From Mobula birostris (taxonomy: Eukaryota): a DNA stretch of 64,000 nucleotides. Under the pieces are notes generated by a model. It saw only the letters and a list, made by a program, of their open reading frames with translations. It did no database searches and had not been told where the DNA came from. The stretch lies in NCBI RefSeq assembly GCF_030028105.1, contig NC_092371.1:14963884-15027883 (forward strand). The letters run 5' to 3'. Shown piece by piece: positions 52,401 through 64,000 of this stretch. Every line of letters begins with the position of its first letter. The stretch's first letter is position 1. The position numbers were made by a program, and so were the translations under genes.

Positions 52401-55400
52401 CACGATGTTGACTATTTAACCGATTCTAACCCTTCCATCTTACACATCGTTCATTTTTTAAAAAATCATCTATGGACCCATCTACCTGACCCTGATGTTT
52501 CTGCCTCTAAGAGCGCATTCCACGCACTCTGTCTGAAAAAGCCTTCTTCTAACTTTTCTGAAATAACCTTAAGTTTATACCGCATCGATAGGTAGCAACT
52601 GCTTCGCTCCTATGTAGGCTGGAGTCTTTGCGATTAATAAGTGATTGGCATCTAACTGTAGACATATCGGTGGGCAATGCTGACTTGTGTCATCATTGCG
52701 TGCACCACAACCTTCTCCCGTTCCTTACACTGGGCTGATATTACTCCGAAGTGATTGTATCTTTCAGTGCGAAGTAGTTTCTTGCACTCCACAGCTTCTC
52801 TCTGCCTGTATATAGTATCCACCTAGTTATCACTGTCTCACACTACCTCAAGATCTGGCTCTCTTTTTGCACCATTATTTAAGTTAATGTATCTTTACAT
52901 CTGTTTTTATGGTAAGGGCATGGAAAGCGGTATGACAGAGATGAAGGTGATCCTGCAGGTTTACGTAGATGACAGATGTAACAGGAATGTAAGGTAGGGC
53001 AAGTCACTGATTGGGTATAAAGGCAGACAGAGCAAAGAGTTGCATTGTATCGCAGATGCATAATTCAAAAGAACAAAGAACGCAGGGCTGAAGGTGCTGT
53101 ATTTAAATGCGTGTAGCATTCAGAATTAGGTTGACGAACTCGTGGCGCAATTTGGGATTGGTCCGTATGACGTTCTGGGCATCACGAAACGGTGCTGAAA
53201 GAAGGCCATAGTTAAAAACTTAACATAAAAGAATATACCATGCATCAGGCAGGAAGGTAAAGGCGGTGGTATGGTTCTCTTGGTAGGAGATGGAATTTCA
53301 TCTTTAGAAAGAGGTGACATAGGGTTAGAGAATGTTGAATCTTTGTGGGTGGAGTTAAGAAACTACAAGTGCAAAAAAAAGCTATTATGGGGATCATATA
53401 TTGGCCTCGAAATAGGAGCCAGGATGGGCATTGAGATTGCCAACGGAGCTGGGAAAGGCATGCAATAAGGTTAATGTCTCGATTGCAATGAGGGGTTTAA
53501 ATATGCAGAGGGATTGGGAAAATCAAGTTGGAGTCGGACCGCAAGAGAGGGAATTTGTTGAATGCCTACGAGAGAGGTTTTAGAGCAGTTTGTGCTTGAA
53601 CCTACGCGCGGAAAGGCTGCCTTCGTTTTGGTGCTGTGTACTGACCCAGATGTCTTTAGGGAGCTTAAAGTAAAGGAATCTTTTGGATGCAGTAACTATA
53701 ATATTATTGAAATCTTACTGTAATTGGAGAGGGAGAAGCATAACCATGTCACATGTATCACCATCGTAATGGAATAAATGGAATTAAAGAGAGGATCTTG
53801 GCCATGTGGATTGGAAGAGGATACTGGTGGAGATGACGGCAGAGCAGAGATGTCTGAAGCTTCTGGGAATACTTTACAAGGCGCAGGATAGGTATATACC
53901 AAAGAATCAGAAGTTTACAAATGGCACCGGTAGAAAGCAATGGCTGACAAAGAAAGTTAAGAACTGCATAAAAGCCAAGGAAATTGCGTAAAAATTAGCA
54001 ACAGTTAGTGGGTAGTTGGATGATTGGGGAGCATTGAACATACAACATAAGGCAACTAAAACGCTATAGGAAGGGAAAAGAGGAAATGTAAGAGCAGAGT
54101 AGCCAAAAATAAAAATGAGATACTCAAAGTTTTTCTTTCAGAATAAAAGGGAAGTAAGAGTTGATATAGTACAACTGGATAATGATGCTGCTGAGGTAGT
54201 AATGGGGGGACAAGACATGGCAGATGAACTTACTGGGTACATTGCATTACTGGGTACTGTGGAAGACGCTAGCAGTGTTTCAGTTGACCGTGATTGTTAG
54301 GGAGTATGACTTAGTGCCATTGCTATTACAAAGGAAAATGTGGAAGGCAAACTGAAATGCCTTATGGTGAATAAGTCACCTGGACCCGATTGGCTACATC
54401 CCAGAGTCCCGATAGAGGTTGCTGAAGAGATAACCGATGCATTGGCCATGATATTTTATAAATCTCTTAATTATGGCATGGTCTTGGAGGACTGGAATAT
54501 TGCAAATGTCACTCCATTCTTTAAAAATAGAGGAAAGCAAAAAGAACCGAAATTATAGGCCAGTTAGCCTCACCCCATTTTTGGAGTCTATTATTAAGGA
54601 AGACTTCTCCTGATGCTGAAAGGTTAATGGGAAAGTAAGTCAATGTCAGAATGCTTCCTGTGAAGGGAAATCTTTCCTCACAAATCTGTTAGAGTTCTTC
54701 AAGGAATTAACAAGCAGGGTAGACAAAGGAGAGGAAACAAGATAGAATCCTATGGGTTTACAGGAAAGATGCGGCATGGATAGAGGATTAGCTGACAGGC
54801 AGGAGACAGCGAATTGGAATAAAGGAAGTATTTTCTTGTTGGCTGCCTGTGACTAATGCTGTTCCTGGGAGACAGTATTGGGACTGTTACTTTTTTTTTT
54901 ATTTTTGACAATGATTTGCAGAATAGAATTTATAGCTTTGTGGCAAAGTTTTCGGATGATACGAAGATAACTGGAGGGTAGATAGTGCTGAGCAAGCAAT
55001 GCCAAAACAATAGAACTTAGACAAATAGGAAGAACGGGTAAAAAAAAAAAGTGGCAGATGGAATACAGTTTTGGGAAATGTATGATAATGCATTTTAATA
55101 AAAGGAACGAGACGGTGGACTTATCGAAATGGGGAGAAATTTCAAACATCAGAGGTGCACAGGGACTAAGGAGTCCTCGTGCAAGACTCCTAGAAGGTTG
55201 ATTTACAGATTGAGTCTACGGTAAAGGAGGCAAATGCAGCTTTGCATATATTTCAAGGAAAATAGAACATAAAGGCAAACAGATAATGTTGAGGCTTTAT
55301 AAGATACTAGCCAGGCCGCACTTGAAGTATTGTTCACAGTTCAGGGCCTCATCTCTCAGAAAGGATGTGCTGTCTTTAGAGAGAGTCCACAGAAGGTTCA

Positions 55401-58400
55401 TGAAGATGAATCCAGTAACGAAGCGGTTAATATATGAGGAAGGTTTGGCAGCGTTGGGCCTGTACTCACTGGAACTTAGAAGAATGCGGCGGTATTTAAT
55501 TGAAAGCTACGGCATGTTGAAAGGACTAGATAGGGTCGATATTTTCTTTCAGCCAGAGAGTACTGAATCGGTGGATTGGCTCTGCCACAGATTGCAGTAG
55601 AGATTGAGTCTGTGGGAATATGTAAGACGAAAATTGATAGTTTCCTGATCGGTCCGGTCATCAAATGATATAGCGAGAAGGCAGGTGTCTGGGGTTGAGT
55701 GAGATCCGGGATCAGCCATAATAGAATGGCGGAGCATACATGATGGGCTGAATGACCTAATTCTGCTCCTATGTCTTATGGTCTTATGGTAATTTATAAG
55801 TTTTAATGTGGTACGACCGGTCAGTGATTTTAAAGCTGAATCTGATTCTAATTATCCACCCGTCCCTTTCTCCCTCTCCTTCTCCCTTTTGATTCTTAGA
55901 CTGATATTTAGAACTTTCAGAAATATTTACAATTCATATGTATCGTATTTATAATTCACATAATACCTCCTACCGTGCGCACTCCCATTATGAATATATC
56001 GTTAGAATCGGAAATTATGGGACAGAGATTTTCGAACATATAAACTTGAACGTTTCTTTTCTCTTACAGATCCCCCTTTTTTGCAAGTTTGCCTTTTACT
56101 GTATTATGTCGGCTTCCCTGTGGCGATTATCGTTCTGCTCACGTTTATGTTCGCTGTGGGACGAAGCTGCAGGAACAGGCAGTCAGGTACCTAATTCGTT
56201 CTAACTCCCCATGACAGTTTTGCTCTTGTTTTCCGTTTCTGGGCTCGTTCAGTGCGACATTTTAGGACAACGTCTATCTGAAATCTTTGCATTTCAGGCA
56301 AGAAGAGCGGCCGGATGAACTTTGCAGAAGTGAGAACTCGGGCGGCAGGAAATGAAGTACGAATAGTTTATTTTTGCTTTGGTTTACTTAGAAAATTGAA
56401 TAGCATAGTGCAGCACGAAAACAGACACTTATTCGCATAATGTTTCGCCGAGGTAATGGAGATAATGCTTATAAACCTACTAAACTAATTAGTTCTCCGT
56501 ACATTCCACCATTCTCTGAACATCCACGTGCCTGTCTGAGCTTATTTCAAGAGGCTTCAAAACGCCACAAATGGGACATCGCAAACCTTTTGTTAGCACC
56601 TCGACATGCTGGGATAGTAATAACTAGGGTTGTGTAGCATGGAACATGCGTTTCAGCGCAGCTCGTTAATGCTGACTATGATTCATCATGAGGATAATCC
56701 CCTTTGCCTGCATTTGGCCAGTCTCCTTCTAATCCATTTCTATGCATTAACCTGTCCAAGTGACTTCTGAATATTGTAGTTGTGCCCGCCCATATAACGT
56801 CCTCTGGCAATTCATGCTAAGCAGGGTGCCTCTCATCTTCCACCGCTTCAGGAAAAGTATTTCCGGTATATTCAGTCAATCAGTTTTAACATAAGCCCTT
56901 CAGTCACTGTTATATTCTTATGAATTTATTATGCATTCTCTCCACTGAATCAGATAATTCCTATGGTACCGCAGCCAGAAATGCAAGAATATTTCCGCTG
57001 TGTGACCACTGTCTTGTACTCAACTTTTTTCAGCATATATCCCTCTGATTCGGCATGTCATCCAAGACTTTGACAAATTTGTATAGATGCAAGCGGGAGA
57101 ATATTCTGACAGGTTGGATCAAGGCGTGGTATGGAATCATAAATTCCCTTGAACAGCGAAGCCTAGAAAAAAAAGAGGGCACTTCCCACTCCATTACAGT
57201 TCACGACCTCCCTACCATTAAACACATCACAAGGAGCGCTTTCTCAGGAAAGCAGCATCCATCGTCAAGGATCCCGATCAACCGGGCCGTACATTTTTCT
57301 TGCTGCTGTCATTAGAAGGAGGCACAGGAGTTTCAGGTCCCACACCCCAAGGTTCATGAACAGTTATTACGCTTCAACCATTAGGCTCCTAAATCACAGC
57401 ACTGAACACATCCAGAACTTATGGATTCACTTTCAAGGATACTACAAGTCAATTTGTCAATAACACTTATTGATTTATTTTTCTTCCGGTATGGTACAAT
57501 TTGTTGTGTTTCGCACACAATTGTTCGTTTGTGTGCAGTTTAGATTGATTCCATCGTGTTTCCTTTATTTACGGTGTACTCCTGGATGAAATTGAATCTC
57601 AGGGTAGTATAATGTGATATACATATATTTTCTTTATAACTTCAGTTTCAAAATTGTATTTGGAACTTTCTTGACAACTTCAAATAATTTTGGTCTGTGA
57701 TCCCATGTCTCTTTATTTTACAACACACCCCGGGCTGTGTCGTTTACTCTGCAAATCCTGCCCTGCTTTAATTTTTCCAGAGAATGAAAATGGAAGCGTA
57801 CAAGACACAATCATTGTGGACACTTCCCACCAAGAAAGCTCACTTTAAAAAAAAACTCTCTTCTTGAAAGTGTTATGTGGCTACTAAAAGAAAAACATCA
57901 CACCATTATAAATGCCCGCTCCCAGATATTTGATCTAGTTAGCCATTCTAATTTGACCCCACCTCCTGTATCTATTTCCCCCAACACTGCAGTACTTCAA
58001 ACAACTTTTCATAAAGCTGTTACATTGTAAATACATGCTGATATGAATGTATTTTGCACTTTTCATTCAATGTCTGCATAATCGTTGAATGTTGTCAGCT
58101 TTCCTTGCTGTCGCACAACACATTATAATAAATTCCTAATGCATGTAACTGTCGATGACGAATGGAATTGAGCTTTGATCATTCCAAAATACATCACCTC
58201 ACACCTTACATATTTAAATTTCACCTGCCATTCCTCTGCCCACTTTCCCAATTGTTCTCATCTTATCGCAGCCTTAAAATACCTTCTTCACCCTTGCTAC
58301 ACTCCCGATTTTAACGTCATTCGTATATTTACTAATTATGCCGCCTACGTTCTCATCCAAATAATTTCTATGAGAAACAGCAGTAGACCCAGTACTGATC

Positions 58401-60001
58401 ACCGCTGCACACCACTGGTCACAGTCTCCAGTGTAAATAACAGTTCTTCCTAAATCCTTCCGCCAAGCCTATTTCCTAATCAGTTAACCATTGCATTCTG
58501 GACCCGTTATGATTTCACCTTCCAAACTAGCCCACCACGCAATAATTACTGAACACTTTTTCACGAATCGAATGCCAAAAACAGTTGTCGAATTCATGTG
58601 TCGAGTATTTAAGGATCAATGGTGCTGCCACTTCCTCCGATATTCAATTATTGCAATTGTATCATTTTTGCACGACCTAGACTGCACTTCTAGCTAATTA
58701 GAATCAGAAGCAGGTTTAATATTACAGCAGGCATATGTCTTGAAATTAGTTGTTTTGCGTAAAATGCAATACTTTAAAAAAGTGCATTCCAATAAAAATA
58801 CATTTGGAAATTAATACATTTGGAAGTTGTTCAAAAAGAGCGCAGAAACAGTGAAGTATCTATCATTGTCCATTCAGAAATTTGGTGGCGGTGTGGATGA
58901 ACCTGTTCCTAAAAGTTTGAGTGTGTGTCGTTGGGCTGCTATACCTCTTCCGTGATTATTGCAATGTAATGAGGTCATGTTCCATGTGATGGGGTCATTA
59001 ATAATGGATGACGACTTGAAGGCATCCCTTTAATTTTCTGACCTCATCTTAGTAGTTATTTCTACCTGTAATAAGACCATATCAACTGCTTGCTCCGTTA
59101 GCCTCATGCGACCACAAAATCCATTCTGCAATGCATTCATCAGTTATTTGCTTATTTACATTTTGCACTAATACACGGGGAGATCCAGATCGCTGTGTCC
59201 CTCGCAAATCCCCAGTCTCTGATCCTGTTCTTCAGTTTATTTGTTGTTACATTCTCTGCCTGAATGGCCAATTTTGTATTTACCCGCGCTACAATGCATC
59301 TGTCAGTTATTTATCTATTTGCTTAAACTACCTTTAAAAGTATTGGCCTCGTTATGGTCCCTACAGAGCATATTTTGGTAGCGATCTCTGTGTCGTAAAG
59401 AAGTTATGTAGCCTTTCTCCTGGTGACTTGTATTAATTGTAGCAAGTTGAAGTTTCAACACTAATCCCTGGTGCACCATATTTGTTTTATCATGTTTAAC
59501 AACATCCAAAGTGAGGCTACTTCCCAATATCCATAACTTAATTCACTCTTCTGTAAAACACCATCACCATCATCCCCTACGAATACCGGGAGGTCCCTTT
59601 AGATCACATATGAGAATGAATTTCTTTAGCCAAATAATGGAGGTTGATAAATTCTTGATTAGTAAGCGTGAACGGTTAATGGGAGAAGGTAGGGTAGTAT
59701 GCTTTGAGGGACAATAAATTAGCCAAGGTGGTGGCTTAGAATACTAAATGGGCAGAATGGCCTAATTCTATTCCTTTGTCCTAAGTCGATTCTGAGGATT
59801 CCTTGAGTGAATCAGGATTTAGTAGAACCGTAGAAGGAAGTAGATGGAACGCACAGTCTCCTTCTATCCCCGTAACATTCTAACGATGCCTTCCGTTTTC
59901 TCTCGCAGACTACCTACGCTGCTTTGACTTTTAATGAGGACTCGAGTGCGAGGGGGCAGACTGAAGAGAGGATATCGCTATCCCGATATAATGTGACGTA
60001 G
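49398..60001 (+). CDS. Gene A2: intact non-rearranging VJ-C1-TM-cytoplasmic IgSF receptor, 317 aa, 6 exons (49398-49440, 50244-50582, 50672-50974, 56070-56186, 56298-56356, 59909-60001)
   Basis: All introns are GT..AG and phases match (1,1,1,1,0). The spliced ORF has no stops: MNFLWVCVLIYLLPVVSPQDVYRQTP...VDC...VNWYK...DSGWYYCSAKSITEKPFVFGNGSKLVIT-GSPRIFLLTPP...LMCL...W...VCTC...-DPPFLQVCLLLYYVGFPVAIIVLLTFMFAVGRSCRNRQS-GKKSGRMNFAEVRTRAAGNE-TTYAALTFNEDSSARGQTEERISLSRYNVT*. Confidence 0.85.
50244..50582 (+). CDS. A2 exon 2, V-set Ig domain with pre-joined J segment
   Basis: Acceptor tttcttcctttcgcag; B-strand Cys, WYK, DSGWYYC and FGNGSKLVIT lie in one continuous frame; donor G|gttagc. Confidence 0.95.
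50672..50974 (+). CDS. A2 exon 3, C1-set Ig domain
   Basis: Acceptor ccccattag; PRIFLLTPPxSE...LMCL, W, then VETWRSGAVCTC; donor G|gtaatt; phase 1-1. Confidence 0.9.
52916..55783 (+). mobile_element. ~2.9 kb CR1 LINE (endonuclease + RT, decayed) in A2 intron 3, cassette 2 only
   Basis: VESLWVELRN; KSPGPDWLHPRV..EVAEEI.DAL; LRLYKILARPHLKYC; (tcttatgg)n tail; likely TSD ttatggtaa (52907-52915, 55784-55792); empty site in A1. Confidence 0.85.
56070..56186 (+). CDS. A2 exon 4, transmembrane exon
   Basis: Acceptor ttctcttacag; DPPFLQVC-LLLYYVGFPVAIIVLLTFMFAVG-RSCRNRQS; donor G|gtacct; no charged residue in the TM. Confidence 0.9.
56298..56356 (+). CDS. A2 exon 5, short cytoplasmic exon
   Basis: Acceptor ctttgcatttcag; GKKSGRMNFAEVRTRAAGNE; phase-0 donor gtacga. 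An alternative in-phase donor gtgaga after 56329 is possible. Confidence 0.7.
57000..57640 (+). mobile_element. L2-type LINE 3' fragment, cassette 2 only
   Basis: KTLTNLYRC..ENILTGWIKAWYG. Confidence 0.7.
59909..60001 (+). CDS. A2 exon 6, terminal exon with TTYAAL tyrosine motif
   Basis: Strong acceptor ccttccgttttctctcgcag, phase 0. The YAxLxF...SSAR pattern is shared with the A1 and B1 terminal exons. Confidence 0.8.
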   Translation, partial: TTYAALTFNEDSSARGQTEERISLSRYNVT

Positions 60002-63000
60002 CATGTCTGTATTCGAGAATGGCTGTCAGTAACAGTTCCAGCAAGGCGGTGCTAGTTTCCTCCGGTCTTCCGGGAGCCATGCCCAAGTAGCTGGCTATTG
60101 TCTACAGATGAGATGTATGTCTTTCCTGTTATCTGCGGATTTACGTCGGTTAAACAATGCTAATCAATTTCTAACGTGCCCAGTTGAAAAGTACCATCCC
60201 TGCTGAATATACCATCACCCTGGAGAATCAACTCGTGACATTTCTGAAACAATTTCCCCGACAGTATTGCAAACCACGTTCCAAGAGGAATATTCAATCC
60301 CATTTTACAGACATGGGTTGTTGTGTCTTGCTCTTTTATATCCTCGTTTAACAGTTTTGGTTTATGGAGTTTTGGTTTTATTAAGACATTTAATTTCACT
60401 TCGAACCTATGTATGGAAATTCGGCGTGATCTAATTCAAGAATGTTAAGATTACACCAGTTACAATGTAAATTAAATCAGATTGGACAACTGGAGCGTTG
60501 TGCATTTTCGATTCCACGCGTTACTGGCAGGAAATAAATCTGAGTCCTGACCTACAAGGACAAGCACAGCAGCGGTAACGATTCAGTGGGGAATGATGAC
60601 CTTAGTAAGAGGCCGCAAAATAACAAGCCCCGAGGGGCCAAAAAAAGAGAGAAATTAGAAACTAAGCACAGCAGGCAACACGGTATACTCTAGCCAGGCA
60701 GAGTCAAAACTAGGAGCAGCTGTATGAGTTCGGGTAGTTCGAGGATAAACAAGGATTGTGGATAAGAACTGGGGTTAAATAGGCTGCGGGTGAGGAATCT
60801 GGAAAGACCTGCAGGTGAATGCAGTTAGCTGGGTTGAGACTGGAAGGTACGTGCATGTGCAGACTGAGAGGAGGCCTGACAATTGCATGCTTTATCCAGC
60901 TGCAAGTCTCTCAGGTCAAAATGTGCGGTTAAGAATTGGACAAGTGATTCAAGTGTCAGATCTGAAACCGATTACGTCCAACGTTCACCGTACTTAATAT
61001 CCTATAAACAAGCTTTGTCAGTCCAAAGTTTCCACTATTTATCGAATATGTATTAATTTAGCATAAAGTTCCCTTAATGAAGATATGGACATACGGGTGT
61101 TGTCACTGAAATTTTGTAAAGGATTGTATAAAGTTGCAGAACTTCAATCGACAAGGACATTGAAAGCTGACATGCCCTCTAGACATGCTACCACCAAGAG
61201 GAGTCCAGGAGCCTGAAGACTTCTTCTCCTCTGCCATCCCATTTCTATATGTACAATAATCCCATAACACTGCTTCAGTATTTCCCTCTGTTTGCACAAC
61301 CGATTTTATTCAATTTTACTGACTGTATAATTTCATTGTAATTTATAGATTTTTGTATGGTGTATTGGAATTTAATACAACAAATTTAAGACATATGGCA
61401 GTGATATTGTACTTGATTATTATTCTGAGTTTAAAGACAAGACCAGCTCAGGTCCTTGCACGTCGCTTGAATTAACAAATGGAACACTGAGGTACGAGTT
61501 GGTGGGGAGCCCAGAACGAAGAACAGGGAAGGAGTGCGTGAGTGATAAGGCGGAGAATGGGAGAGGGGTAAGAGAGTGTTTGAAGCAGTCATAATTAATG
61601 GAATCACAGCACTGGTCTTCAAGTGAAATATTTTGGTGAGGATATCCTCCGCTTAAGAAGTCACAGCCTAATACTTACACAATCAAAACACATTAGGGAA
61701 GAAGCAGAAGAAACCCAGTTTGATTGACGTCAGTAGGCACACTGTTGCAGACCTAAAATAACTTCCAGACATATGGTAAGTGTGGCATGATTTAGCTCAA
61801 GTTCAAATTTAATTTACTGTCATTGAAAACTGTACGCCTGCATGCAGACAAACGAATAGGCGTTTGTTCAAGCCAAGGTGAACGACGCAGTACATATAAT
61901 ACACAAAAAAATGTTGGAGGAACTCAGTGGGCCAGACAGCATTTTGTGTATATTACTCTGATTTCCAGCATCTACAGATCTTCTCCCGTTCGTGACTGTA
62001 CGTATAACTCACACACAACATAAAATAATATTGTTACAAATATAATACCTAAAAGTGAAATAAATTCCATCAGATTCACACTTAATGATTCTTCACTTCA
62101 TCAAAGATTCCCAAAATGACTGGCGATGTTTTTTTTTCCCTTCAGCAAAAGCTCGGTGTGGTGCTAGTGGGACATGAGTATCGTTCATGCACCAAAAGAT
62201 GGAGGTATGGAGATACCCAAAGGGGTTCAGCAATTCTCTCCAGGCAGAAAAAAGTTACATCATGGGCTTGAGGAGGGCATTCGGACCGATCACCTGTCCC
62301 CTGCATCCCTCAATGTTTTTGGTTGATAAGAAATCTTTCAGCCTCAGATGTTAAATAAACAATTAATCCGACAATCTTTGCCGCTTTGCACAGAGAATTT
62401 CACATTTCTTCCAGCCTCTTATACAAAGAGTTCCATGAAGACACTCCTAAAATACAAGCTTTGCCTTGTCCTGTTCGAGACTACCGATAGCAGTCTCTTT
62501 CTAACCTGCAGCAATATGTTGAAAATCAATTAAATTATTCGTCCTCTTCGAAATTCTTATTATTCCCAAATAAAATTAAGGGGAAGCGGCAACGGAAGAA
62601 CACACAGAAAGCTTAAAGCCAGTTTGAGAAATGTGTCTCGTAAAAGTAACTCAGATATTATTTGGTCAGACTGCTCTTGGAGAAATGTGAGCTGTTTTGG
62701 ACCCCTTATCTAGGAAAGGATGTGCTGGCATTGGAGAGGATCCAGAGAGAATTGACGAGAATGATTCCGGGAATTAAAAGGTTAACGTATGAGTACCGTT
62801 GGGTGGCTGGAATTTAGGAGGATGAGGAGTGATCTTAGTGAAAGATATTGAATAATAAAATGTCTAGGTAGAGTGAACGTGGATGGTACGTTTCCGATAT
62901 TAGAGAAGATTAAGACCAAAGGCGCGACCCCAGAATAGAGGGACGTCCCTTTAGACCAGGGATGAGGAGGTACTCCTTCTGCCAGAGGGAGATGAAACTG

Positions 63001-63904
63001 TAAAATTCATCGCCACGGACAGCTGCAGAGGTAAGGTGTTTGAGGATATTCAAAGTGGAGTTTTATGGGTTTGGTATTAGTAAGGATCTCAAAGGTTACG
63101 GGGAGAAGGCAGGAGAATACAGTTGAGAGAGATAATTTATTGCCCATGATGGAATGACAGAACAGACGCGGTGTGCCAAATTGCCTAATTCTTCTCTTAT
63201 GTCAGGCGGTTTGATGGTTTATTGTCTGACAACATGCTGTATTCCCTCTAAGTCCAAAAACATCTTGGTCAGATGCGGCGGCAGCACTTCTCCAAGTGTT
63301 TCGGGTCTTATCCAGACGGCAGTTTCTACGGCTCTCTAAATTCAAGATTCAAGACTGTTTATTGTTATTCTTCCATATACGAATAGAGAAATCGAAAAAA
63401 ATATATATATACTCCGGGTCTGACACAGCATAAACAACAGAATAACCATAAGAACACAGTGAAAATAAACGAAACACCATAAAGTTGAATGCAATCCTAT
63501 AAAAAACAATATACAAGTAAATGATTGTGCGGCAGACTAAGTTGTAACCCTTCGTGGAATGACATCGAAATTGAACATTGATTAATACAACCCCCATTTG
63601 TTATCATATTGCAATATATTTAATTTGGACAAAGGAAAAATCAAAATGATAACACTGAGGGAATCTCTTAAGGTGAGATTTACGCAAGCTGTGCAAGAAG
63701 CCTCGGGTCTTCACTTTAAGGCTTAGAATATGCTTGAATCGCGGCATCAATATTAGTCCAACGTTTTAATCACATAATAAATGGACCCGTGGAAATCCTG
63801 TCAACCCTAGAGTGTCACAAGATGATTTGCTCAGATGTTTTTTGTGTGAGCACAGGTTCTGTCCATATCTTGGGAATCCGCCAAGATAGAAACCAACCAG
63901 ATTC

Positions 63905-63967
63905 TCATTTGTGGGCAAAAGAGGATGCAGCGAACTCGAGACAGGCGTTTACGATCGGCACTCGGAA
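63905..63967 (-). CDS. Gene B2 (partial): terminal exon only; the rest lies beyond the window; ITIM Tyr replaced (IVNACL)
   Basis: Homologous to 14474-14536: FRVPIVNACLEFAASSFAHK*; acceptor tacatctcag retained. Could be functional or a pseudogene. Confidence 0.7.
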   Translation of the reverse strand, partial: FRVPIVNACLEFAASSFAHK

Positions 63968-64000
63968 CTGAGATGTACTCCGAACAATGGTAATTTAAGA

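Larger units (their letters stand above)
48790..64000 (+). repeat. Segmental duplication, copy 2 (runs off the window end)
   Basis: Matches ~390-14560 in order, e.g. cattcagaact...gagaggaaatttc, ggaataaggatgt, gggactttcca, gcagcgaactcgag. Confidence 0.9.

Noticed and set aside
1-64000. Remaining short six-frame ORFs; CRISPR arrays, tRNA or rRNA genes
   Set aside because: The ORFs map to LINE/Tc1 fragments, their antisense shadows or microsatellites; no CRISPR repeat-spacer array or structural RNA gene was recognisable.

Overview
Repeat-rich vertebrate genomic DNA, most likely from a cartilaginous fish (inferred from the CR1/L2/Penelope/R4-Dong/V-SINE repeat mix). The unique sequence encodes a small cluster of non-rearranging, antigen-receptor-like immunoglobulin-superfamily genes. 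Each gene has six exons: leader, germline-joined VJ domain, C1 domain, uncharged TM with a membrane-proximal Cys, a short cytoplasmic exon, and a terminal exon carrying an ITIM/ITSM-type tyrosine motif. Two paralogous gene types, called A (+ strand) and B (- strand) here, sit tail-to-tail as a two-gene cassette. That cassette is tandemly duplicated about 48-49 kb apart. Cassette 1 holds a dead A1 pseudogene (954-10337) and an intact B1 (18799-14474, 302 aa, IIYASL ITIM). Cassette 2 holds an intact A2 (49398-60001, 317 aa, TTYAAL motif) and the last exon of B2 (63967-63905), where the ITIM Tyr is replaced by Asn; the rest of B2 lies beyond the window. Canonical NF-kB sites lie next to the leader exons of both gene types. 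The ~30 kb between B1 and A2 is almost all transposon debris. Exon structures were read by hand from splice signals and phase; repeat boundaries are approximate.
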